From: Paraspadella gotoi | Lineage: Eukaryota > Animalia > Chaetognatha | DNA length: 53,864 bases | NCBI GenBank assembly: GCA_051294375.1 | Contig: CM119265.1 | Span: 25,562,953 to 25,616,816 of the forward strand | Direction: 5' to 3' | Part shown: one piece after another, positions 1 to 11,608 of the stretch | Layout: each line of letters starts with the position of its first letter | Numbering within the stretch: the stretch's first letter is position 1 | The notes under the pieces: model-generated | Told to the model about the DNA's origin: nothing | Seen by the model: only the letters and a program-made list of their open reading frames with translations | Databases searched by the model: none | Position numbers and translations under genes: made by a program

Positions 1-1067
1 AGTTTTACTCTTTTCTCTCTAGATGGCGCAAAGTCGAGATTTTCGAGCGACGATGCTATTTGTTTACAGTTGGTTTTTTTCTGTTTTACGAAATCAACAA
101 CTTATCCTGTCAATATCTGGATTTATCCCTTGGATGTTTGTTTCTGGTTTTCTTCTCCCGCCCCATTTTAACTCCTCTAAAGTCCCTCATCTCTCATACT
201 CTGCTCCCCTAAAGCCCCGTATCAGTTTTCCCGCTCCTTTAAAGCCTCCGCCTCATCCTTCGCTCCTCATCAGCGCTCCCGCCTNNNNNNNNNNNNNNNN
301 NNNNNNNNNNNNNNNNNNNNNNNNNNNNNNNNNNNNNNNNNNNNNNNNNNNNNNNNNNNNNNNNNNNNNNNNNNNNNNNNNNNNNNNNNNNNNNNNNNNN
401 NNNNNNNNNNNNNNNNNNNNNNNNNNNNNNNNNNNNNNNAGAGAGTGAGAGTGAATGAATGAATCACAAGTAGTTACTGTTGAAAACTTCACGATTTCGA
501 CCCGAGGCAAAATGTAAACAAGGTGTCGGTTTTTCGCATATCCGTGATGTTTGCCAACATTCGAGTCGACGTTTGTCCATTTCGTTGATTCTTCGGCCGC
601 GAGAACCGTTTATGCCATCTCTTTTTTTGCCAGCTCTCTTGATGGCAAACAATCGAAGAGTGGCATTTCCTCTCGCGTTTCCTGAGGTGAATCGATGCTC
701 GAGATTGGCGCTTCGATGTTTTGCCTTTTGATTATATTCATAAATATTAATAAAACTGCTCATTTTTAATAAAACTCCTATTTTTTATAAATCTTTTCTT
801 TATTTATACTATCAATCTTTCCTTTCCCTAACACATCTTTAAGTTAAAAAAAAATCATTATTGAGCCATTTTTTGAATTATTTTTCGATCCCTCACAATG
901 GTTTTTTTTCCCAATCTTTTTCACGCTCATCATCGCGAATAATTTTCACAACTTTTTTCTTCCTCGCTTCATCGCTTGGTCCGTCCGTCCGTCGGTCCCT
1001 GAGTTTGAGACGGACAATGGCTGGCATTTGTGAAGTGAATGGAAGCCTCGTGTTTCTAAAAAAAAAG

Positions 1068-1109
<42 letters not shown>

Positions 1110-1870
1110 GAATTTCAATTGATTTTTAAAGTCTTGTCGGGCAAGGGGCGTTTCGAGCGAGGGCACGCGCGCGGGCGGAGAGCATCTCGCTGCTATGGTG
1201 TTCCCATCGTACTACGGAGAAAGAGGGTTTTGGTAAAAATCGTGACTACAGGGGTTTAATCGTCAACTGAGACAACTACGACGACTAAATTCGACAATGG
1301 TTCGTTTTTGAGTAAGAGAGCTTTGGTTTTGAAGTGGCAGACAAGATCTCAGTGAAAATTGTGCTTTAAACCCTTGTGATAAATGTCTCGAGACATTAGC
1401 TGATCTCCTCAAAATTCGTGACAAGGCGTTTGTGAAGATCCCTTTTTTCTTTATTCTCTCACGCATTGAATCACTCTCACCATCTCACGGTTTTCCTTAA
1501 AGGTTTAGCGTCGCGTTGGCGGTCGTGAATATTTCAAGGATACGTCACGTGTGAATCTCTCGTGTTACAATAACCGTGAATAAGTCACCCGAGTGAATGA
1601 AAGAGACGAGACAGCGGTATATAAGAGACACGATATGACGAGCGTCAGCGCGCCTCCTCTCGCATGTGACGATCACGTGCAATTCGCACCGAGTAATACG
1701 TCGCGATAAAACCTGATGACAGCGCTCCAGAGTAAATGCTACACTTATGCGCGTATCCTACGAGAACACACACGAGAGAGAGTCACATGCATAGTATCTC
1801 ATCACACGCGCACTATGAGATGGCGTGATCATATAGCAGTATATGCGTAACAGAGAAGAAGCACCATGAC

Positions 1871-2177
1871 GGGTTTCTTTGGTTACGATTTGTAACCGCA
1901 GAGAGATCGTTTGTGGCACACGTATATCCTACGAATCGTGTCTATCAATATACCTAGCAACACAGAGACTAAGAGAGCAGCGAGGAGAGAGAAATATATC
2001 AGAGAGCACAGCGAGAGTGCACAACTATATCACTCGCGCATAAACACACGAGCACACTATGCACTACTTTGCCATTGGGGAATTCCAATTCATTGTTGAT
2101 AAAATCCCCCACCCCCGACAATAGCCTCATAAACGCCAACCCTCTCTCTCTCTCTCCTCTCTCCTCTCTCTCGCTCT

Positions 2178-2214
<37 letters not shown>

Positions 2215-2545
2215 GCGCCATCAGCCATTTCTTTTATTGTGAAAAACTTATCGCCCAATGAGTTCCGTTCCGAGGAACCAATGCGAAGTCAAAAGACGCA
2301 AAGATCCATAACCAATGATAATCGGTCGTCGTATTTCGGCGACCATCGTAGAACGCGACTTTCGATCCTTTCGACGTCCGCTCCGAAAAAAATCGGTTGA
2401 GAAGCACTCTCTCCGACAATCAGAGACCAGCGATTCCAGAGTCCAAAGGCCAATGCAGAAAGGCTGGCGAATCGCGACGTGAATATTCATCGACATTCAA
2501 AAACGAATGTGTCGCGATGCGAACATTTTTTTCCGTAAAAATGTT
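1871..2545 (+). repeat. Noisy direct copy of 12461-13135
   Basis: Shared anchors gttacgatttgtaacc, ccattgggg(a)attccaattcattgttgataaa, gaagtcaaa(a)gacgcaaagatc, ttccgtaaaaat; differences are mostly indels. Confidence 0.9.
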
Positions 2546-2705
2546 TCGGAGTATTGCAGTGGCACCGACATCCCGTCGGTCACATGCAAATCACACGAAT
2601 CGTACCTGTCAAACGCGCGCGGAAGAATAATGAGCCCGCGATTGACATCCCTCCGCGAACAGACATCTTCAGGTAATAAAGAGAAGAGAGAGAGAGAGAG
2701 AGAGG

Positions 2706-2749
<44 letters not shown>

Positions 2750-3718
2750 AGAATTACGCGTCTGTTCCCACCGCGCGAACATACATCAGAAATCACGATG
2801 TTCCTACTTTTTCACGCGTTACAACTCCGCGCCCAGCAATTCTTCCAAACCGTCAGACATCGTTGACACTCATTACCCACACATATTTACTTTCGTCGCA
2901 GAAGGGACGCGCTCGTCAACAATGCGGGTCCCCAGGCTATTTACCATACACATTTTATGTATCTCATAGTTACATTACGATATATAAAAAACAACCAACG
3001 AACAGATAGTTTTAAATTTCGCTCGACAGAACAGATAATACAAAAGAGACACAGTATGCATATCTGAGTCACGACGCTCTGCTACGAAAGCTATATCACC
3101 ATTAGCACTGTCAGCACACACACACACAGGCTCTCTACTATCTCTATATCCAAGTTGTTAAATTTCGTCGAACAGCGCGGTTAAAATTTTTTCATGTCAT
3201 CAAAAAAAACGGGTAATATGGATCCGCAAAATTTAATCGAAGCTACGACGAAGCCATTAAAGGCAGATTTACCCAACGAAAATCACGAGTTAAAAAAAAA
3301 ATTCAACTCGAATGAAAAAGCTTAAGATTAAGAAACGCAATATCCTATTGTACAAATAAAACGCTACAATTGCTCGAAACGAATGGATAATCACAGCCAA
3401 GGAACACAAATATTAAAATTCAAAACGATGGCATACAAATATGGCATTACAATAAAAAAATACAAAATGCGAAATGGTTAATCGCGGAGGGTATTAAAAG
3501 TAATTTCGGAGCAACGATAAATTGTTTATACAATATTCAAAAAGAGACAAAGACGAAACGGTCAGGTATTACAGGAATTACTGTCTGTTCATTGGTGAGA
3601 GCATGTAAATCACTAAAAAAATATTTAACGTCAGTACAATTACAAGACCCGCGGGCCAACAACGTGTCGGACGCCACTGCCCACATTACATACAAGAAAA
3701 TTTAATTATTAAATCGAA

Positions 3719-4356
3719 ATGGAACTTAGGACACTCATTACGATCTCCGCATCCATTGGTCCAATATCGCCATAGTCGGCGCATCGGGTCGGAGAAAGAC
3801 GAGGCGTTGTGTCTACAATTTAACGCAAACCGCGGGCAAGCTGCTTACCAGGTCCCCTGACATTAATTTACTATTTTTATGACGCGATCAAGAGGTTTCC
3901 ACAACCTCGCAACTAATCAATCATCAACTTCATTGAAGGCTTCGACGAAAGTTTATTTCAAGAGAACTTGAAGACAAGAAGGCGGTGGTTGTGCTGGACG
4001 ATCAGATCGGCAGTCATCCGACCCAAGCTTCTGCAGAGAGAGACAAAATTATCGCATCACAGAGGATTCACGCTTATATTTTGCTACACGATTGTTCACA
4101 GAACATCCCAACTTACCATAGTCCTCTCGAAACACACATAAAATATACTACTCGTAACAGAGGACAGAATGGGATAACACCAGGCAACAGTTGTTTCAAG
4201 AAAATATTCTTTTTTATGGACAGTTACCGACGACGCATGCAAAGGACTCTTACCAAGCATCTATTAATCGATTCTTTCGCCGAGAGTTCCATTCTGCGCC
4301 TCGCGCGAACATCCTCCGTCCGATACGCACGCCACCCATCATTCTACGTAGAGTGA
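3719..4356 (+). CDS. Polinton packaging ATPase (A32/FtsK-like), frameshifted
   Basis: YDLRIHWSNIAIVGASG..KT Walker A (3763-3801; the G before KT needs an indel correction), IYYFYD, FIEG (3929-3940), Walker B VVVLDDQ (3985-4005), SQNI, FFMDSY, HLLID (4258-4272), LRL(R)ANIL (4294-4317). Order and spacing match the Polinton ATPase pattern as I know it. Confidence 0.9.
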
Positions 4357-4385
4357 AAAAATTACGAAAGACGAAAAAAGAGAAA

Positions 4386-4702
4386 ATGAAGATTAAACAG
4401 AAATATCCCATTTAGAATCACTTGCTCATTAATACTAAGCAACAAAAATTTTTATACAAAGAGGCACCCAAACGTATAAAACGATTTGCGAACATATTGT
4501 TAATATAAGCAGAGGCATCATTTCAATAGACCCGAATCTCTACAGAAACTGAAAAAGTAAGAAAAGGAATAAAATTCCTTGTGTCTCAATGAAACCATTC
4601 GACAAATCTCGACGACAGGTTCTGCAGAAAGGCCGGGCTGATATTAAATTCGTTCCTCCGCCCTCATTCCACCCTCGTTAAATATCCTCTTTAAAAAAAT
4701 AA
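4386..4702 (+). CDS. Small conserved Polinton protein (ICE..N..G / QKGG type), frameshifted
   Basis: KTICEHIVNISRGIISI (core 4484-4516), LQKLKK, RRQVLQKG(G) (LQKG 4622-4633), then a hydrophobic tail. Lies directly after the ATPase, as in many animal Polintons. Confidence 0.75.
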
Positions 4703-4705
4703 ATC

Positions 4706-6485
4706 ATGAGTTCCTTCAAAAAAATGTACAGTTGACAGAGGAACAATCAATAGATTTTTAAAAACACAAAAAGCGGACTGCTACCGCCCGGACGACGCCC
4801 GGAATTATCATGCAAAGTATACATACAAAAAATTCATAAGGATAAAATATAAAAAAAACGAGAGAACAGAACTGGACTAAAATTGGGGAACGTATAGACC
4901 CCAATCATTCGTCGACCCCTGATCGATACGGTAACCGGGAAACAGAGTGGCCCCGGAACGGAGAGCACCACGCCAACTCCACCCAGGAACCAGAGAAGCG
5001 GAAGTCGCGCGACAGCGAGCGCTCCCCCAGCCGGTTAACCCAAACAAAGTATAGATCGTGGCGAAATAAATCGCAAAGCGTTAGCGCCGCAGCATACGGT
5101 CTAAGGATTTAAGGTTATTGACGCAACCCAGATTTCCCAATTTACTAATAAACCGATACAAAATAATTGTCGAACGGAACAGCGGTTACCGGAGAAAACA
5201 AAGAGATCATCTGACGACCTGACCTGAGCTGAGAAAAAGCTTGACACAAACCCCGTCAACGATTTGCTGAGAACTATATGTAAGATACAGACCCCAAAAC
5301 GAAGATTTGTTTTATAACACAGAATGCGAAACAAATTTTAACGGACGCCTTAACGAGAGAAAGAGGAGAGTTCCCCCAACGAACTTACGTCCGACCCGCC
5401 CCAAAATCCAGATCCCGCATCACGCATTGTTAACGAGGCCGGGCGGCGCCGAGAAACGAGACAGCGAATTCGACGGAAACCATTTAAAGCAGTTGCCCGC
5501 GCACATAACTCCCGAAGAGATCGTTCGAAGAACCATCGACAAAAATGGACAACGCGGAAAGCGAAAAAAAATCCAGAAAAGAGGAAGAAGGAAAAAAGAC
5601 CGCAAAGAGGAAACGGGGGACAAGAGAAAATTCCAACCCGGATCAGACTCAGGAAAAAATGGGAAAATATTTGTATGAAAAGCTTCCAAAAATTTATTAC
5701 GAACCAAAAGAATGGGAGATATTCCAGATACCTGAAGACCCTTCCATCGATTGAAGAAAGAAGAGGGAAAGTAACAAATAAACGGTTACGCGATGGTATT
5801 ACATCACCGAACATATTCGTTTACAATAGAACAGAAGAATAAAGATTCGAAAGACGAACTATGTGAAGAAACTAACGTGAACGCACTGAACGCCGATCTC
5901 GTCTCTCTCATAGAAATATCCAAGTTTAATTCCGGACATTACTGCATTCTTTGCTGCGTGATTCTTTTTTCTCGCGCGCCATTTGCCGACCATTCAACGC
6001 CGCAAACGACGGTGAATATGAGACGGCTTTCGACTCCATATTTCGAAGAGACAAAGGAGACGCCCAGAAACCCTGACGCCACCAAGGGACCGAATTCGAC
6101 GACTGAAAAATTATTTCAAAAGAAATAGATAATTATACAGCAACCAAAAGTCCGATTAAAAAACGTTCATGGTGCGAAGATTCATAAGAACCCTGATGGG
6201 AGCGATCCATAAATATTCACTCAGCCCAAGACCCTCCAGAATGGTCGACGTCTACAACGCACTAGGTGGATCAAGTTTTACAATACCGCCACCCGACTCC
6301 AGAACCTATTTAATTGAGCCCCGGAACGAAATATATTTCGCCGACGCCAACACTAGAACTATACGTCATGGCAATACAAGAAGCGTAGAGAGACTGAAGA
6401 GAGAGAAATACAAAAACAAGAAAACTCAAGGTCGAGGTGGGATTTCCGTCAGGTAATCCAGGACGATCCTGGGCCAAATGGTTAA
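4706..6485 (+). CDS. Large conserved Polinton protein of unknown function (possibly more than one ORF), frameshifted
   Basis: Starts MSSFKKMY..TEEQ; charged/Pro-rich middle; KLPKIY...GKV...NI domain at ~5680-5960; ends KKTQGRGG...WAKW near 6485. Resembles the Polinton gene that begins with a KKM motif and ends with QxGxG..W. Confidence 0.55.
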
Positions 6486-6489
6486 CACG

Positions 6490-7682
6490 CGGTTACTACC
6501 CGGCTTTCAGATCCAATCGATTCATAAAATAAGAGATCGCTTCCAGCGTTCTTCCAACTACAAGGTGGAAGATAAAATGAGAATCTATTACGAACAGGAA
6601 CTCAGTTTTGGTCTCTAAAAGGAGACGATTTGGAACAACGAGGGATTCACTACTATCTCAAAGGAAAGAGATGAGTCGGCGGAAAGAAACCTTTAAGAAT
6701 AAATCGGTATTGGCAAGAAACGAATATAACGTTAAATCGGTTTGAACCCGAACCTTTCTTGTGGCTCAACGAAAAGACACCAAAATTTAATCAAAGAAAA
6801 ACATGGAGTTCTCAGCGGAGTGATATCCGATAGTTGCACCGCTTGTTCAAGGATAAAATAAAGCATCGTCGCCTCGCAACCGACCCCCACCCTTTGTAAC
6901 CTGGACGAACATACTGTCCTTTACAGAAATTTCCTCGTCAAAGAAATTCCGAAACGTGAATCAGATTCGAAATTTTGATTTTTGTTAGACAGGACAAAAA
7001 AAAATAGTCCCGGTTTCCTAACGGCAAGCGATAGAGGCAGAGATCGAAAGCGGTTATACGATTCTTCGGAACATTTAATATCGACGCAAATACGTATAGG
7101 CAGCACGTCACGATTGAAGGTACAAAATTTTCACTTTCGTACCCGATAAAAATGTTTGGTTTCACTACAAAAAGGAATCTTATTTTTATTTAAAAATTCA
7201 TCAATAAAATTAATGTCATTCACTGGTCTCATGTCCACGGAAAGAGAGGACAGCAAAAATCTTTTCACCCTGTTACGGACGCCAAAGAAGAAAAGACCGA
7301 CTCCTTCGAGTAACGAAACAAGGAAACGGTAAAAATATTAATAGAGAGTTCAAAGAACGTCATTCCGAGACGGCCTGCCAGGCACGGATCATTTATACAG
7401 AAGTCAGGTGCAACTGATCACCGCCGTCGGCCGTCTATTGCTTCAGTGTCCAAGGAACGTCAAATTTAACGGTGACAAGTTTGACAAACATTTTACGGGG
7501 TCCCGCCTTCAAGGCAGGCCAACGAAAGGACAGTACTCATATCCTTTCCCCACAAACATTCCCATCAGAAATCGAACACTACAAAGAGAGTAACCATATC
7601 AGAATACCGCATTGGTACGGGAACCATCATAGATTTTATAACATCTTTCGTCAGAGTTTAAATTAATTTCAAAAAAAGATAA
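6490..7682 (+). CDS. Minor capsid protein (penton-like single jelly-roll), frameshifted
   Basis: N-terminal SNYKV...GL.E.IW.N (~6555-6640); C-terminal AVYC...GD..TNILR (~7430-7500) and GTIIDF..VRV.INFKKR* (~7620-7682). Lies upstream of the core-like and major capsid genes. Confidence 0.7.
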
Positions 7683-7689
7683 CCTAGAC

Positions 7690-8115
7690 ACACCAACGAG
7701 CCTCTCTTTAGCCCCTACGCCTTCGCCCACGGAGAAACCAAGTTAGGGCCGATTCGTTCCATCCTCAATCCATCAGGCAATCTCGATTTACTCCGCCTTG
7801 AGATCATTACTTCCCGCGGTAAAGAAGGCGATGAGAACCTGGCTGAAAGGGAATAAGGGGGGGGGTCAGATTTAACCGACGTTAAGCCAGAGGGAAAAAC
7901 ATGAAAGAGCGTTGACACAAAGGAGTAAAGACGCCATAAAAAAATAAAAAAAAAATAGCTAACGAAAGAGGGAAGGACGGCTCGATACGAGAGCGGCGGG
8001 TTTAAAGCAGTCCTTCGGTTCACGCGGTAGTAGAGATACCAACTCGACCGGACCAGGCAAGAAAAAATACAAACGTAAGATAAGAAAAATTAAAAAGGCG
8101 ATCTTTGCGGTCTAG
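7690..8115 (+). CDS. Basic/amphipathic Polinton core-like protein between penton and major capsid, frameshifted
   Basis: SALRSLLPAVKKAM...GQI.TDV..GKNMKE.LTQRSKDAIKK (~7790-7945) followed by a Lys/Arg-rich tail. Matches the Dv..G.n.ke pattern and gene position seen in Polintons. Confidence 0.6.
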
Positions 8116-8199
8116 GAGCGGAAAGAGAAAAAACCAAAATAAAAAAAAGGAAGAACGGGAAAAGATTTCCGATTTTGATTAAGAAGGAAAAGCGCTAGC

Positions 8200-9550
8200 G
8201 CTGAAGGAACTTCGGCACGACATGCGTGGACGAAGGATGACCGTGTTTGACAAGAGCATAGTGACATCAATACGAAGCGCTTTACTGTTAGAGTTGAAGC
8301 CTAATTCCTCTCGACTCCGAAAGTCTCAACAGATCGTCTTCAACGCGAGAGCCATGAACGAATTCCATCCCGATTCGAGAATTCCTACATGAAACTACAC
8401 ATTTAAGATCACAAGGCGCGGATTAATACCGCCTAAATCGCGCAAGCGTCGGCGCCAACACGTTCGTCAGGTTCAGGCGCAGAACCAACGCCTCATTTGT
8501 AAAAATTTGGATATTCGTTTAGGAGGTCAAGTCTTTAACCGCGCAGGATAATGTCACTGGTATACTTCGTGGTTGACCATGTTGTAATGAACAGGAATAA
8601 ACAGATGGTTGAGAACGTATATAGGTGAAATTTATTAGGTTGTTATTATCGAGAGCTAAAACCCGCCATACTAACCAAGCGAGACACGGGTTTTTTTCCG
8701 GCTCCAGGGAACGTGCAGAAACACACAGCTTTCCAGCGTAGCCGTGATACGTAGCCCATTCTCCACAGCTCGCCCTTAATCCTCACGCGATCTTGATGCT
8801 TTCCAGATGGATGTGAGTATACGCCTAAAAGACAGGGTCGACGCCTTCCCCATGCTTTCGGACATAGAGGACGTAGCTTAAATACGAAAATCATCGACAT
8901 GTCGTCAGCTCAAAAGGTCCTCGTGAACCCGAGTTATAACCTAAGATTGGAAGCGACATTGGCGAAAAAAATGCTAGGCTACGAATTTAAATCATTGCCG
9001 ATGCTTTCGAATACAGCTTACCATCGGGTAGAAAGATCTTATCCTTCGACGACGTTTCGCGAAAAAAACGAGGTCCCCTCAAGTCGTCCAATATCGAGCA
9101 TACGTGACGCCGACGTCGAAAGGTAACATTCTAAAGTCGCCATAACTATTTCAACATCGCGCAACTAAAAAAATTGGTAATATGTTCAGATTTCGGAAAA
9201 AAATTCCCCAGTTGCCCGCATGGTTTCCACCTTCGATTCGGATCGAACGACGGCGCCCGATTGATCGAAGGCCTTCTATCGTTTATTGTCAGCTAGGTGG
9301 CATTATTCAAGGATTACTTATGCATAGACTATAGAAAGATACGACAGCGGGTACACGTGATCATGCACCACCTTCGAGCCCCATTGCTGACACCGTCGCC
9401 CGACATTCATGTTTACCCAAATTCGCCCGGGCCAAATAACGTCCTGGAATTCGGCGCCGATCTCCCCACCAATAGTAAACTTTTGGTATAATTCTATTTT
9501 TAAATCGCGAAATCTTCATAAAGTCTCAGAGACGAGTCTTGCTAATTAAA
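8200..9550 (+). CDS. Major capsid protein (double jelly-roll, hexon-like, PY), frameshifted
   Basis: TSIRSA..ELKP..QIVF, ENSYMKL, KNLDIRLGG (~8500-8527), WYTSWLTML, DVSIRL, KVLVNPSYNLRLEATLAKKMLGYEF (ORF 8899-9126), GNILKSP, YDSGYT, LEFGADLPT (~9445-9470). Blocks are collinear with the Polinton MCP pattern over ~1.35 kb. Confidence 0.85.
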
Positions 9551-9701
9551 ATCTGTAAAAAAAAAAAATTCAAGCGAATAAGAATTCGCAACGAAAAAAA
9601 GTTCCCAAAAGCAGACGAAAAAAATCCAACGAAAAAAACCGACGCGCATCTTGTCTTTTTCAATATCCCATCGAATCCTGCGCTGCGCTATCGACCTCAG
9701 C

Positions 9702-10190
9702 ATGGATACCCGATCGCTCGATCAATTAGCATTGTTCCGATCCGGTGAAATCGTCTTTTTTCCAATCGGAACGAAGGCGTTGGATCCAAATACCAACGTA
9801 AATATAAACCTAAAGTCTTTGCTAATGCTTACGAACGACGCAAAAGGCATCCTCGGGGCGACCAGGCAACTGGGATACTATTCTCGAGTTTACAACCGCG
9901 CCTAATTTAACTAGAAATCGTGGATCTCGCTAGGAATCGCCGCAGCCCGAATCCTGCGCCTCGATTCCATCTTGAAAGCGTCTGCTCGCGAAATCGTATA
10001 TAAACGATAAATTGATACAAAGGGAAAATGGTTCTTCTGCGGAACTACATTGTCTATTTTTGTTGTATTTCTTGACGCCAGAGACTTTCCGCATGGCCGA
10101 AATATTAAACAAATATATAACTTCTACACGTATATAACGACGTTTGTATCTATATTTTATTGTCATCGTTTTTACAATTTCGAAGAAACA
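9702..10190 (+). CDS. Adenain-like (adenovirus-type) cysteine protease, frameshifted
   Basis: MDTRSLDQLA start, GTKALD, PG(H/N)W (9862-9873; caactgg becomes CAC TGG if one A is removed), EIVD(S)LG, NDKLIQ....S.CG(L)HCLF (Gln 10018-10020, Cys-Gly 10038-10043), terminal YND. Confidence 0.82.
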
Positions 10191-10253
10191 TTAATTTTTT
10201 CTCATCACCGGTTAAAATTTTTTTTTCCCGAATTTTTTACAGCGCTCTCTCCT

Positions 10254-10290
<37 letters not shown>

Positions 10291-10308
10291 TTATTTTTTT
10301 CATTTATT

Positions 10309-10686
10309 ATGAATGAAGAAACCGCGAATGTGCGGAGAAAATTCATCAAATCGAAAGCATTATCTCAAGGCCCAATGGCGAAGACAACCTGGCAAACATG
10401 CGAGCTCGGCGCGGACCAAGATCCGTGCTGGTCGGTCAAATTGTGGAATCTCGCGTCGACGAAAGCCGCAGAGAGGCCGGCGGCAAAAAAACGGCCGTCT
10501 CAAAGAGGAAAAGGGGGAAAGCAAATCTCGGCGGCGGCGAAAAACAAGAGCCAGAAAGAACCTCCGTCGGCGCCGGGGGCGTGGGGGACCAAGGCGAAGT
10601 CCAGGGGAAAGGGAAAAAGAGAAATCGGGAACGGCGTCCGTGGAAGCGCCGCTAACGAATCTTCGAGCTCCCAGGAGAGGGATTAG
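10309..10686 (+). CDS. Hypothetical Lys/Ala/Gly-rich basic protein downstream of the protease
   Basis: 125-aa ATG-initiated ORF in a GC-rich island; no recognisable domain. Confidence 0.3.
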   Translation: MNEETANVRRKFIKSKALSQGPMAKTTWQTCELGADQDPCWSVKLWNLASTKAAERPAAKKRPSQRGKGGKQISAAAKNKSQKEPPSAPGAWGTKAKSRGKGKREIGNGVRGSAANESSSSQERD

Positions 10687-11608
10687 AGCGTTCTCTACAA
10701 ACATGGACTCTCGCTCAACGGAAGCCGATTAACGGAAGATTGATCGACTAGGTACTTATTTGTCCCGCCTATAAAATCTAAAAAGATCGGTCGGCGCATG
10801 GCGCGGCCTGAGCCGGAGAATATCTCGTTAATTTTACCATCGCGGCTTCTCAAAACCCTTCAGGGCGTCCTCGCTGGTTCTCAGAGAAGGCCCGCCGCAG
10901 TTTCAAACCGCCGTCATCTTCTTCCTCTTCCCCCCTGTCGACGAAAACGATCTCCGTGCCTGCCAAAAATTAACGACGCTCTCTTCTCTCTGACTCTCCT
11001 CTCCTCTCTCTTCCTCTCTCCTCTTTTCGTCGACCTCAAGACCGTCGTCCTTCAGTCGTCAACCGATCAAAAATTAACGACGCGCTCTCTGTCTCCTCTC
11101 CGTCTCTCTCATCCTCTCTCTCTCTCTCTCTGCTCTTCCCCAATCGTCGCCGTCGATCTTTCGCAATCCTCGTCCTCTTCCGCCGTCTTCCCACCCCGAA
11201 CCGGCCCTCGTAGACAAAAATTAATAAGCGGTTCTCCCCCATCAGTTCTCGTTATCGTCTCGCGCGCGCGGCGCGCGCTCGCCCGCGCGAACGCGAAAAC
11301 GAATCGGCGCTCTTCCCCGCCGAGAAAACAGCCCGCCAGGCACCCTCTCTCTTATAAATTCGATCGTGGCAGCGAAAACTTTCCCACCGCCGATTTTTCC
11401 CTTTCACGAAATCAATTTTTCATCACCGTTCGAAAAAAGAAAAAAGACTCTAACTCCGATCGAATGCGAATCGCAATCGAATCGAATCAATATCTATCCA
11501 GCAAAAAAAACCAAACAAAAAAATCCTACTTATTTTCGCTAACGAACGAAAAACGTTTTGACCCCCGCTTCTCTCTGCTCTCTTTCTCTCGACCTCAAGA
11601 AAGAAAAA

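Noticed and set aside
464-763. 99-aa minus-strand ORF / exon-like island
   Set aside because: No recognisable domain; cannot be supported without transcript data.
6075-6632. RdRp-like motifs DATK(W)D, GFPSGNPG(T) and GDDL suggesting an RNA-virus EVE
   Set aside because: They need frameshifts and straddle two genes that fit the Polinton layout (end of the large conserved protein, start of the penton); treated as chance.
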